This document shows positions 42,737-52,166 of a DNA stretch of 64,000 bases, one piece after another. A model generated the notes under the pieces. The model searched no databases. It worked only from the letters and a program-made list of their open reading frames with translations, and was not told where the DNA came from. Position 1 is the first letter of the stretch; every line of letters starts with the position of its first letter. Location: positions 291,996 to 355,995 of the forward strand of contig AP026679.1 of the NCBI GenBank assembly GCA_025999155.1, written 5' to 3'. Position numbers and translations under genes: made by a program. This DNA is from Candidatus Dojkabacteria bacterium. GTDB lineage: Bacteria > Patescibacteriota > Dojkabacteria > JAOAGR01.

Positions 42737-45700
42737 ATGCCGAATGTACCATATAACTCCACACAAGCGAGTCTGTATAACCAAGATACTTATAATGGAA
42801 GTAATTATGAGATACCTAAATCTCGGTATCTAACAGATGAAGAAAGAAGCCTGAAGCGTTGGGTATTGCCTACCATACTTGTATTATTAATTGTCATAAT
42901 CTTGTTGTTATGTAACAGTAGTGGTCTTATAGCTGAGGTATTACCATTTTTAAACCGTAATGTTTCTAATGGAAGTACGAGTAAAAGCCTTACTCCTGGA
43001 ATCAATTCCGATGATATATCAAATTGGAATAAAGCATTCTCGTGGGGGGATCATCGAGAAGCTGGATATCTGACAAAAGAATCTGATCCCTTGTATTCTT
43101 CAAGTCCTGCTGCCAAAATCACAGAAGATGACTTGAAAAAAATACAGGATGCCTACTCCTGGGGCAATCACACCACAGCCGGATATCTGAAGTCATATAA
43201 TGAGACTGATCCAAAATATTCATCAAGTCCTGCAAGTAGTATCACATCAAGCGATATTGCTAAATGGAACTCGAATGTTCTACCTACAGGAAATGCTTCA
43301 CAATACTTAAGGGGTGATAAAACCTGGCAAACTTTTCCTACATGTACTCCTTCACAAGCTTTAGCATGGAATGGGACAAATCTAGTTTGTGTAAACTTCC
43401 CCACCTATACAGAAACTGATCCAATTTTTACAGCAAGCCCGGCAAACTCTATTACAAACACTATGATATCTAACTGGAATACTGCTTTCTCCTGGGGGAA
43501 TCACACTACCGCCGGATATCTTACATCAGAATCTGATCCTGTGTTCTCTGCTAGTGTTGCTGCTTCAATTACTGCTGCTGATATAACTAACTGGAATAAT
43601 AAAGAGAATGCCATCTCTCTTGGCACTACATCACAATTCCTCCGTGGAGATAAAACTTGGCAAACCATTCCTACTTGTGCCGGTAATGATCGACTAATAT
43701 GGAATGGAACTAGTTTTGTTTGTTCACCTACTGGGACTTTAACTACAGAGAATGACCCTATATTTACTGGTAGCCCTGCTGCAGCTATTACCTCTGCTGA
43801 CATCACTAACTGGAACACTGCTTTCTCATGGGGAAATCATGCTACCGCTGGGTATTTAACATCAGAATCTGATCCTGTATTTGCTGCCAGTGTTGCTGCT
43901 GGTATTACATCTGCAAATATCACCAGTTGGAACAATAAAGAAAATGCTATCGCTCCCGGAACGACTTCACAATTCTTCCGTGGTGATAAAACTTGGCAAA
44001 CTATTCCTACTTGTACCGGGAATGATCGACTAATATGGAATGGAACTAGTTTTGTTTGTTCACCTACTGGGACTTTAACTACAGAGAATGACCCTATATT
44101 TACTGGTAGCCCTGCTGCAGCTATTACCTCTGCTGACATCACTAACTGGAACACTGCTTTCTCATGGGGAAATCATGCTACCGCTGGGTATTTAACATCA
44201 GAATCTGATCCTGTATTTGCTGCCAGTGTTGCTGCTGGTATTACATCTGCAAATATCACCAGTTGGAACAATAAAGAAAATGCTATCGCTCCCGGAACGA
44301 CTTCACAATTCTTCCGTGGTGATAAAACTTGGCAAACTATTCCTACTTGCCCCATCAATAACGCATTGTTATGGAATGGTAGTAATTTTATGTGCCAAAG
44401 CTTTGTATCCTCCAATAGTACGCTAAGATTGGGTACTAATGCCGGTCTGAATCTCACATCAGGTGTAAATAACACATTTCTCGGACACTGGAGCGGATAT
44501 TCAAATACAACAGCACATGCAAACACATTTGTTGGTGCACTTAGCGGTCAAGCAACCACAACGGGAGGCTGGAATACTTTTATTGGTGAATGGAGTGGTC
44601 TGTCGAACGCAACAGGAGGAGCAAACGTTTATATTGGGCATGCTAGTGGGTACTGGGCAAACGGCAGCTATAATGTTTTTTTAGGCGTGTCTGCTGGTAG
44701 GCATTTCGGCACCGGCAGCAATGCTAATACAAATCCTCTAAACTCTATTATGATCGGTTACGACACCAGACCTCAAGCGAACAATCAGGCCAATCAGATC
44801 GTCATAGGGGATTCAGCCATAGGTGCTGGTTCTAATACCACAACTATTGGAAATACTAGTGTTACTGCTACTTATTTACGAGGAAGCCTAGTAGCAAGTG
44901 ATAATATTGCAAATGGCACAACAAGAGTTGATATTACTGGTACTGGTACAGGTTGGGCAGTCTGTCACTCTGGATCAAATACGGATACAAATGATGTCTT
45001 CTTGGTCGATTGTGCGGGTACTCCCTCTGCCGACTACATGGAGATGTACCCTGTAGAATTAAATGCTCAAATAGGTGATATTCTTATGGCTTCTAATGAT
45101 TATGTTATGACACAAGATAATGAAAGAATTGTAAGACTTGTGAAAAGTGATGGAATTCATAATACCCGTGTCATTGGTGTAATGTCTGATATTAATAAAG
45201 CTGGTGATTTTAATAGCATCGGACATAATATCAGTGCATCTGATAATCCTCAACCTGTAGCACTATCTGGACGTGTCTATGTGAACATAGATCCTAGCTC
45301 TCCTGATATCGAACCTGGGGATATGATTACCATATCTAATATTCCCGGTAAAGGTAAAAAGCTTACTGGTAGTGGTTTTGTAGTTGGTAAAGCTCTAGAA
45401 GCATGGACTAGCTCATCAGGCCAGACTAAAGTCATGGTTTACATCATGAATTTTTATTACAATTCATTAGGAATAAATGATTACTTTACACTTAGTGGTA
45501 CTACACTGACTACGGATTATTTACTTGTTGTAAATGGTAGTATTACAGCAAATAACCTAGCTATAGCATCGGGCAAGTTTACAGTTGCAACCAATGGTGA
45601 CACAGTCATCGACGCTGTATTGCAAGCTAATCAAGCAGTGATAAGAAATTTAACTGTAGACAAACTAACAATCAATACAACTCCTCTCGTTGGTGATCCG

Positions 45701-45913
45701 GTTGTTGGATCAGGGACAATTACTGCAGGACAGACACGTGTTGTGATAAACAATTCCAATGTACAATCAACAAGTAAAATATTCATTACTTTGACGAGTT
45801 CAAGTACGCAAGTAATTTCTGTGATCAATAAAACCCCTGGAGTAAGTTTTGAAGTATCTATTCTAACACAACAAACAGAAGATATTACTTTTGACTATTG
45901 GATAATAAATTAA
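42737..45913 (+). CDS. large N-terminally anchored surface protein with about 112-aa tandem repeats and a tail-fiber/YadA-head-like Gly/Asn repeat region
   Basis: cytoplasmic N-terminus, one TM helix, then at least 4 repeats (..NWN.AFSWGNH.TAGYL..SDP.F..S.A..IT..DI..WN..), then NTF.G..SG..N.TGG.N..IG repeats and a Thr/Ser-rich C-terminus. Confidence 0.6.
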   Translation: MPNVPYNSTQASLYNQDTYNGSNYEIPKSRYLTDEERSLKRWVLPTILVLLIVIILLLCNSSGLIAEVLPFLNRNVSNGSTSKSLTPGINSDDISNWNKAFSWGDHREAGYLTKESDPLYSSSPAAKITEDDLKKIQDAYSWGNHTTAGYLKSYNETDPKYSSSPASSITSSDIAKWNSNVLPTGNASQYLRGDKTWQTFPTCTPSQALAWNGTNLVCVNFPTYTETDPIFTASPANSITNTMISNWNTAFSWGNHTTAGYLTSESDPVFSASVAASITAADITNWNNKENAISLGTTSQFLRGDKTWQTIPTCAGNDRLIWNGTSFVCSPTGTLTTENDPIFTGSPAAAITSADITNWNTAFSWGNHATAGYLTSESDPVFAASVAAGITSANITSWNNKENAIAPGTTSQFFRGDKTWQTIPTCTGNDRLIWNGTSFVCSPTGTLTTENDPIFTGSPAAAITSADITNWNTAFSWGNHATAGYLTSESDPVFAASVAAGITSANITSWNNKENAIAPGTTSQFFRGDKTWQTIPTCPINNALLWNGSNFMCQSFVSSNSTLRLGTNAGLNLTSGVNNTFLGHWSGYSNTTAHANTFVGALSGQATTTGGWNTFIGEWSGLSNATGGANVYIGHASGYWANGSYNVFLGVSAGRHFGTGSNANTNPLNSIMIGYDTRPQANNQANQIVIGDSAIGAGSNTTTIGNTSVTATYLRGSLVASDNIANGTTRVDITGTGTGWAVCHSGSNTDTNDVFLVDCAGTPSADYMEMYPVELNAQIGDILMASNDYVMTQDNERIVRLVKSDGIHNTRVIGVMSDINKAGDFNSIGHNISASDNPQPVALSGRVYVNIDPSSPDIEPGDMITISNIPGKGKKLTGSGFVVGKALEAWTSSSGQTKVMVYIMNFYYNSLGINDYFTLSGTTLTTDYLLVVNGSITANNLAIASGKFTVATNGDTVIDAVLQANQAVIRNLTVDKLTINTTPLVGDPVVGSGTITAGQTRVVINNSNVQSTSKIFITLTSSSTQVISVINKTPGVSFEVSILTQQTEDITFDYWIIN
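43660..44345 (+). repeat. two DNA-identical 336-bp (112-codon) tandem units within the surface-protein gene, with older divergent units upstream (about 43000-43660)
   Basis: 43685-43996 is identical to 44021-44332; the period is exactly 336 nt; the minus-strand ORFs 43501-44526 are mirror artefacts of these repeats. Confidence 0.85.
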
Positions 45914-46055
45914 ATGAATTCTTGATTGCTAATAAGAAGTATTAGCTAAACGCTGCTTATGTACACTAGATTTCTGTCTTACAGTAATGCTTTTAAAAAT
46001 GGCTACTTTACTCTAGAATATCAATACTCGTTATTTGAGTCTTTACTATATAACG

Positions 46056-47531
46056 ATGCTCAAAATTTACAATACAGCTAGTCGTAAACAAGAAGTTTTT
46101 GCCCCCCTCGATCCAAATAAGGTCACTATGTATAATTGCGGTCTTACGGTGTATGATCGAGCTCATATAGGCAACCTTAGGTCATTCACAATGGCCGATA
46201 TTATTCGACGCACGTTAGAATACTTAGGGTATAAAATCATACAAGTACAAAATTTTACAGATGTAGGACATGAAACTTTCACTGACGAACAAAAAGCTAA
46301 ATTATCTCAGGCTACACAATCGTCAATAGAAATTACAGATACAGATGTAGGTATAGATCGCCTTGAAAAAACATCAAAACGTACTGGCATGACACCCTGG
46401 GAAGTGGCCGAACTTTACATTCGTTTAGCAATACAAGACTATCAAGCTATGAATTTTCTTGAGCCAGCACATCGTCCTAGAGCTACAGAACATATCAAAG
46501 AACAACAAGATCTAATTTTAAAATTATTAGCAAAAGGTTATGCATATATTACAAACTCAGCGATCTATTATGATACAAACAAATTTGAAAAATACTGGAA
46601 CTTTGCAGGACAAAAAGCAGAGGACAAAAAAGTCGGCGTAAGAACAGAAATAGAAGTCGATCCTGAAAAACGTAATCCTAGCGATTTTCGTCTTTGGCAG
46701 TTTAATAGGCCTGATCACACAATGCAATGGGATTTTATTATAGACGGGGTGAATTATAGAGGGTACCCTGGTTGGCATATTGAATGCTCAGCCATGGCAC
46801 ATACATATTTAGGTCACCCAATAGATATACATACCGGCGGTGCTGATCATATTGCGGTACATCATCCCAATGAAATAGCACAAAGTGAACCTATATACGG
46901 CGAACCATATGTGAGATACTGGTACCACAATGCCTTTCTTACCGTAGACAATAAAAAAATGGGCAAGTCTTTAGGTAATGCATACAATCTCGATGACATA
47001 CGCGCTAAAGGTTTTGACCCTCTTGATTTAAGATACTTTTATCTGACAGCAGATTTTCGTACTCCTCAGAACTTTACTTGGCAATCTCTTAAAGCCTCTC
47101 AAGTTGCACGAAACAAAATCATTCGTACTATGAAAGAATTAAAGCAATCCTTATCAGAAAAGGATAATAATCAAGATCACGTTACATATCAATATGAAGA
47201 GAAATTTAAAGAAGCAATAGAAGATAGCTTCAATATGCCAAAAGCTCTATCTGTTCTTTGGGAGGTCATAAATAGCGAAATAAGTGTAAAACAAAAGCTA
47301 CATCTTATTTATGACTTTGATAGAGTATTTGGTCTAAAATTATCAGAGACAGAACCAGATACAATTGATCCGGATATACATAAAAAATTGCTTACGATTA
47401 TAGCGCAGCGTGATAAAGCCAAAAGTAAAAAAGATTTTCAACAAGCAGATGAATTAAGAGAAAAAGCAAGGAAATTAGGTTTTGAACTAATCGACACTCC
47501 AAAAGGCACTAAATATCAACAGATTATATAA
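46056..47531 (+). CDS. cysS: cysteine--tRNA ligase (start placed at MLKIYNT)
   Basis: class I HIGH-like motif (CGLTVYDRAHIGN), KMGKS, zinc-binding Cys/His pattern of CysRS. Confidence 0.9.
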   Translation: MLKIYNTASRKQEVFAPLDPNKVTMYNCGLTVYDRAHIGNLRSFTMADIIRRTLEYLGYKIIQVQNFTDVGHETFTDEQKAKLSQATQSSIEITDTDVGIDRLEKTSKRTGMTPWEVAELYIRLAIQDYQAMNFLEPAHRPRATEHIKEQQDLILKLLAKGYAYITNSAIYYDTNKFEKYWNFAGQKAEDKKVGVRTEIEVDPEKRNPSDFRLWQFNRPDHTMQWDFIIDGVNYRGYPGWHIECSAMAHTYLGHPIDIHTGGADHIAVHHPNEIAQSEPIYGEPYVRYWYHNAFLTVDNKKMGKSLGNAYNLDDIRAKGFDPLDLRYFYLTADFRTPQNFTWQSLKASQVARNKIIRTMKELKQSLSEKDNNQDHVTYQYEEKFKEAIEDSFNMPKALSVLWEVINSEISVKQKLHLIYDFDRVFGLKLSETEPDTIDPDIHKKLLTIIAQRDKAKSKKDFQQADELREKARKLGFELIDTPKGTKYQQII

Positions 47532-47546
47532 AATTGTATAAATTCG

Positions 47547-48323
47547 ATGTTCGAAACAATTGTTTTAGGATTAATACAAGGATTGGCAGAATTTCTTCCT
47601 ATATCTAGCTCAGGCCATGTGTTAATAGTAGAATATTTATTGAATATTCAAAACAATAAAGGCTTCGATGCGGCAATACATTTAGCAACATGTCTTGCCG
47701 CTATAATTTACTTTAACAGAGATATGATAGCCATATTCAAGAGTTTTATTCATTGGGGCGATAAAAGTCTTAATACGGATAAACAGCTTGGGCTGTATGT
47801 TGTTGCAGCGACTATACCAGCTATAATACTTGGATTTATCGCTAAGACACTTAACATTGATGAGTTATTTGATTCACCAGTGTCTATAGGTCTTTCATCC
47901 ATTTTCTTTGCGACACTTCTCTACTTTACCTACACACACACACAAGGACATGGAAAACTGAATTTGTTCAGCTCAGTCTTAATAGGTGCAAGCCAAATCA
48001 TAGCTGCTATTTTTCCTGGAGCTTCACGCTCGGGTATTACAATAACTACAGCATTAGCTTTTAATATAGAACGAGAAGCTGCAGCTAAATTTGTATTTTT
48101 GATTTCTATACCGGTTACTGCACTCGCTGCATTAAATGAACTGGTATTAGAAAAAACTGTTGCAATAAATTTACAATTCTTAATTGCCTTTATAACGGCA
48201 TTTATATCAGGTTTGTTTGCCATTCATTTTCTTTTATATTTTATTAAAAACAGATCTTTAGAATGGATAATCGGTTACCGAATTTTATTCGGTATATTTG
48301 CAATAATTATATCTATGATTTGA
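47547..48323 (+). CDS. uppP: undecaprenyl-diphosphatase (BacA/UppP)
   Basis: EFLPISSSGH and PGASRSG motifs, 8 TM. Confidence 0.85.
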   Translation: MFETIVLGLIQGLAEFLPISSSGHVLIVEYLLNIQNNKGFDAAIHLATCLAAIIYFNRDMIAIFKSFIHWGDKSLNTDKQLGLYVVAATIPAIILGFIAKTLNIDELFDSPVSIGLSSIFFATLLYFTYTHTQGHGKLNLFSSVLIGASQIIAAIFPGASRSGITITTALAFNIEREAAAKFVFLISIPVTALAALNELVLEKTVAINLQFLIAFITAFISGLFAIHFLLYFIKNRSLEWIIGYRILFGIFAIIISMI

Positions 48324-48332
48324 AATCCCAAC

Positions 48333-49337
48333 TTATAGTTTTACTTTGCTAGCATACTTATCGAAGTTCTCGATAACTTCCTGTATTCCATATGCTGTAG
48401 CAAGTTCCGGATTCTCTGCAATAACGACAGGTATTCCCAAAGCTTTTGTCATGAGATTTAAAAGATTATCAAGATAAATACCTGCACCGGTAGCCATTAT
48501 ACCGTTATCTACTATATCTGATGAAAGTTCTGGAGGTGTCATTTCTAAGACTTTACGTACGGACAATATTATCTCTGTAACTGTGGGTCTAATAGCATCA
48601 ACTAAATCATTGGTTTGTACAGTGAAAGATTTTGGCATACCACTACTAGCATCACGACCTCTAACTTCTATACTTTTCTGATTTTCTACAGGGATAACAC
48701 TACAAATTCTCAATTTAATAATTTCGCTCATGTTTTCACCTATAATCACGCCATATACCTTTTTAAAATAATTCACTAAGGCTTCATTAATAGCGGAAGA
48801 TCCAATTTTTATTGAATTTGATACAACTATTCCATTAAAAGATAAAACAGCACTTTCTGTGCTACCTGCTCCTAAATTCACTACCATATTACCAATAGGT
48901 TTATGTATTTCGAGGTTTGCACCTAAAGCACTCAAGTAGCTAACAGGAAATAAAAAAACATCACTAGCGCCAGCATTGATAGTTGCCTCTTCTAAAGCTC
49001 TTTTTTCTACTGATGTAATCGATGAAGGAACCGCAAGTACTACAAATGGTTTTACAAAAGTAAAACGCCCAAAGGATTCCTGTATCAAATACTTAATAAA
49101 AGACTCCGTGCCCTTATAGTTGGCAATTACGCCATTTTTTATTGGTTTTATGATACTAATATTGCTTGGAGCCTTCCCAGACATTTCTTCTGCTTCAATA
49201 CCTACAGTAATTAACTTCTGTGTCTGGTTATCAACAGCGATAATAGTCGGTTGTTCTAAAACAATACCTTTCTGAGGAATCACGACCCTCGACTTATGCG
49301 AACCTAGATCTATACCAATAACCTTTTTGAAAAACAT
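48333..49337 (-). CDS. MreB/Mbl-like actin-family protein (second paralog, unlinked to mreCD)
   Basis: IGIDLGSHKS phosphate-1, NLGAGSTE phosphate-2, C-terminal ..TGAGIYLDNL...GIPVVIAENP like MreB. Confidence 0.65.
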   Translation of the reverse strand: MFFKKVIGIDLGSHKSRVVIPQKGIVLEQPTIIAVDNQTQKLITVGIEAEEMSGKAPSNISIIKPIKNGVIANYKGTESFIKYLIQESFGRFTFVKPFVVLAVPSSITSVEKRALEEATINAGASDVFLFPVSYLSALGANLEIHKPIGNMVVNLGAGSTESAVLSFNGIVVSNSIKIGSSAINEALVNYFKKVYGVIIGENMSEIIKLRICSVIPVENQKSIEVRGRDASSGMPKSFTVQTNDLVDAIRPTVTEIILSVRKVLEMTPPELSSDIVDNGIMATGAGIYLDNLLNLMTKALGIPVVIAENPELATAYGIQEVIENFDKYASKVKL

Positions 49338-49452
49338 ATAAGAAATTATAAGAATTACTAGATCTCAGTTAAAGACAGAAATCCGGAGAAAGCAACCGAA
49401 AAATTAGTTCATAGCTCTACATAACCCCACTAACAATGTTAGCTGGGATTGT

Positions 49453-49845
49453 TTATTGATATAGCACAGGAAGCCTGTCAAAAAATGGCAAAGGCTCCAT
49501 CTTTCCCTGCCAAGCATTTATTAGACCAAGCACCATATACACCAGACTAGCAATAATAAGTACTGGCAAAATAACACAATTAACAAACGGGATCATAGCT
49601 ATAATATAGCCTGACACCTGAAACAAAATAAACACCCACAAAGACTGATTCACGTGAAATTTAATATAAGGTGAATTCTCCGCAAGCAATGCACTGAGTA
49701 TGAACAACAGCCATATATAAGATATAAAAGCAAGCCACTTTTCTCTATCTGTCATATTATAAACCGAAACTGATGGTTGTTGTGAGTCTGAAGCAGGGTT
49801 TTGCCCACTCACTTGTTGCTCGTTGTTCTGTGTTTCTGTGCTCAT
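49453..49845 (-). CDS. DUF4870-like small membrane protein
   Basis: ..YIKFHVNQSLW.. and C-terminal ..INAWQGKMEPLPF pattern of DUF4870 (Tic20-like). Confidence 0.55.
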   Translation of the reverse strand: MSTETQNNEQQVSGQNPASDSQQPSVSVYNMTDREKWLAFISYIWLLFILSALLAENSPYIKFHVNQSLWVFILFQVSGYIIAMIPFVNCVILPVLIIASLVYMVLGLINAWQGKMEPLPFFDRLPVLYQ

Positions 49846-49939
49846 AATTTTACTTAGGGATTATAATAACATAGCTATATCTAGAAAACAATAGCATTGA
49901 TTATTTAGATTGACCAATCAGCACAAATACTGTGCGACA

Positions 49940-50272
49940 TTATTTTTTATTGTGTTCAAAAAATTCGCTTATTATCTGGAAATTTTTATAGTGACTCCTA
50001 TAAATAATATCATAAAAATCACCTACCACTGGAATCAAACCCACAATAGCATCAACTAACATATTTATGCACATATGAAATATGCGACTTTTAGGTATTT
50101 TAAGCTTTATACCAATCCATATAAAATACAAAGACACCATAATTGGTATTACATCACCAATCAAAGGCACTGATCCAATCAGAGGATCCAAACCAAATTT
50201 GACACCTAAAAATTCAAATTTATTATCAAGTAAATCAGATATATTCTTTGCGAACTTTATATGCCTATCCAC
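49940..50272 (-). CDS. DUF4112 family membrane protein
   Basis: duplicated GLDPLIGSVPLIGD / GLIPVVGD motif. Confidence 0.55.
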   Translation of the reverse strand: MDRHIKFAKNISDLLDNKFEFLGVKFGLDPLIGSVPLIGDVIPIMVSLYFIWIGIKLKIPKSRIFHMCINMLVDAIVGLIPVVGDFYDIIYRSHYKNFQIISEFFEHNKK

Positions 50273-50342
50273 GACAATCTTTAATTCATTTTGTTATAAT
50301 AATACACATTTTATACGTAATAAATTTTATTAAAATCGAAGT

Positions 50343-50933
50343 ATGGGACAAAATTTCCAAAAAATAGTTGGAATTATTATCATTATTTTCTCTATCACTG
50401 GACTTCTGGCTTCTTTGATATTAAGCATCGAAAAAGTTAATCGTCTAAAAGACCCGCAAATCCATCTATCCTGCTCAATTAATTCAGCATTTAATTGTGT
50501 TAGCGTAATGGATTCACCACAAGCTGAGTTATTTGGTTTTCCAAATTCTTTTTTAGGCTTAATGGGGTTTAGTTTTACACTCATATATGGTGTAAATCTG
50601 TTACTGCTCAAAGAAAGATCTAAATTACTCGATCTAGGTTTTTTTGCTGGCATTACGCTTGCTTTTATTTTCTCGTATTGGCTACTTTTTCAAAGTGCTT
50701 ATGTTATTAAATCATTATGCATTTATTGCTTATTATCCTGCTTATCATCCACTAATATATACTTTTCCTTATTCATACTTTTACTTAAAGATGGTACCAT
50801 CCGACTAGAAAAAAAATTCAATAACATAATTCAAATGTTTATCGAGAAACAATACTACTACTACTTAATTGGACTATGGTACTTTGTTGTAATTCTACTA
50901 ATTTTACACGAAATGAAAGACATGTTCATATAA
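50343..50933 (+). CDS. vitamin K epoxide reductase (VKOR) family protein
   Basis: loop Cys pair (LSCS..NCV) and active-site CIYC in a TM helix. Confidence 0.6.
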   Translation: MGQNFQKIVGIIIIIFSITGLLASLILSIEKVNRLKDPQIHLSCSINSAFNCVSVMDSPQAELFGFPNSFLGLMGFSFTLIYGVNLLLLKERSKLLDLGFFAGITLAFIFSYWLLFQSAYVIKSLCIYCLLSCLSSTNIYFSLFILLLKDGTIRLEKKFNNIIQMFIEKQYYYYLIGLWYFVVILLILHEMKDMFI

Positions 50934-51022
50934 AAATGCGTTTTTGTCAAAAGTGTGGTAGAATATTCAGTAAATGCCATTTTATGGACTTACACCTAAG
51001 ATTTATCAAATAAAAACTAATA

Positions 51023-51457
51023 ATGGATCCCAGACTATTCAAGAGATTAACTCCGTTTTCAGGATACACGCCTCTTGGATCGGTAATACCTTATGATTTG
51101 CCTTACAATGCAACGATAGTAACCGGAGAAGGATATGAGGTTACTTCTATACCTATGAATCTCAGTGAGGATGAAACTGGATATTACGCAGAATTTCAGA
51201 TTAACGGAGTAGATCCTGAACAAGTAGATATTCGAATAGATGATACTTATATTACTGTATCCTACGAACGAATTGAGAGAAATAACGGAAAAACATACTT
51301 AAATAAAGAGATATATGGCGGATTGTTTATAAGGTCGTTTTTATTACCGTCACAAGTCAATACTGAAAGAATCGAAGCGTTTTATAATAACGGGATTCTC
51401 ACTTTAATACTTCCGAAAAACATAAATAAAAAATCCAAAAAAATTAATATTAGCTGA
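51023..51457 (+). CDS. Hsp20/alpha-crystallin family small heat-shock protein
   Basis: alpha-crystallin domain (YYAEFQINGVDPEQVDIRIDD..L.V.....GILTLILPK). Confidence 0.85.
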   Translation: MDPRLFKRLTPFSGYTPLGSVIPYDLPYNATIVTGEGYEVTSIPMNLSEDETGYYAEFQINGVDPEQVDIRIDDTYITVSYERIERNNGKTYLNKEIYGGLFIRSFLLPSQVNTERIEAFYNNGILTLILPKNINKKSKKINIS

Positions 51458-52166
51458 TCAATTTAGTTACCACAATAGACTTTCGCTCACTTCTCTACTC
51501 TATTATGTGCTTTAGATTTACTATAACTAAACATATTAATTCTTATAGTCAAATATATACTCAGTATTTGTGAATATTTCCTTTCTCTTAATATTTATTA
51601 TTATAAGATATAAAATTCTTGACTTAATTTTAATATATACTTTAATAGTACAAATATTTTTATATAGTTATTTTTAAGGTACGAACAATCCGTAAATTAA
51701 TTTTGAATACTTAGCAATTCTCACCAAAAATCTTCATAGAAAAAGTAATAAAACTGCCTAAATTGATACATATTAACATAATCATAAAATTGGATCTTTA
51801 TATATCAATATAGTATAAAAATATTGGAGTATAAATAGCCTCATTTAATATTTAGACTAATACATAACTACATAAATAACAAAGATTTAAATAACGTCGT
51901 TTATAATAATTTAATTACAAAATTTGCTTCTATGGTCGGCTATAGAACTAAAACTACTTATAATGTAGTAAAACAAGATAATATTTTGTTGTATGAAACA
52001 ATTACAAGTACCCAAGCAAATGGCACACAAAATACACAAAACAAACTAATGAATTAATGAAAAGAAATAAGAATATCAAGATAAAAATAAAACTTTTTCT
52101 GATATAACTCTCATCTAAATATTTTTTCTACTTCTTTAATACTTAGGCAAAACTTTAAATCAAGAT

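Noticed and set aside
43501-44526. Three to four minus-strand ORFs of 105-117 aa with near-identical sequences
   Set aside because: They lie antisense to the tandem 336-bp repeats inside the 1058-aa plus-strand gene and simply mirror the repeat periodicity. There is no independent support.
42737-45913. Possible prophage tail-fibre gene
   Set aside because: No flanking phage structural, integrase or lysis genes. Housekeeping genes (rplL, cysS) flank it directly and it has an N-terminal membrane anchor, so a cellular surface protein is more likely.
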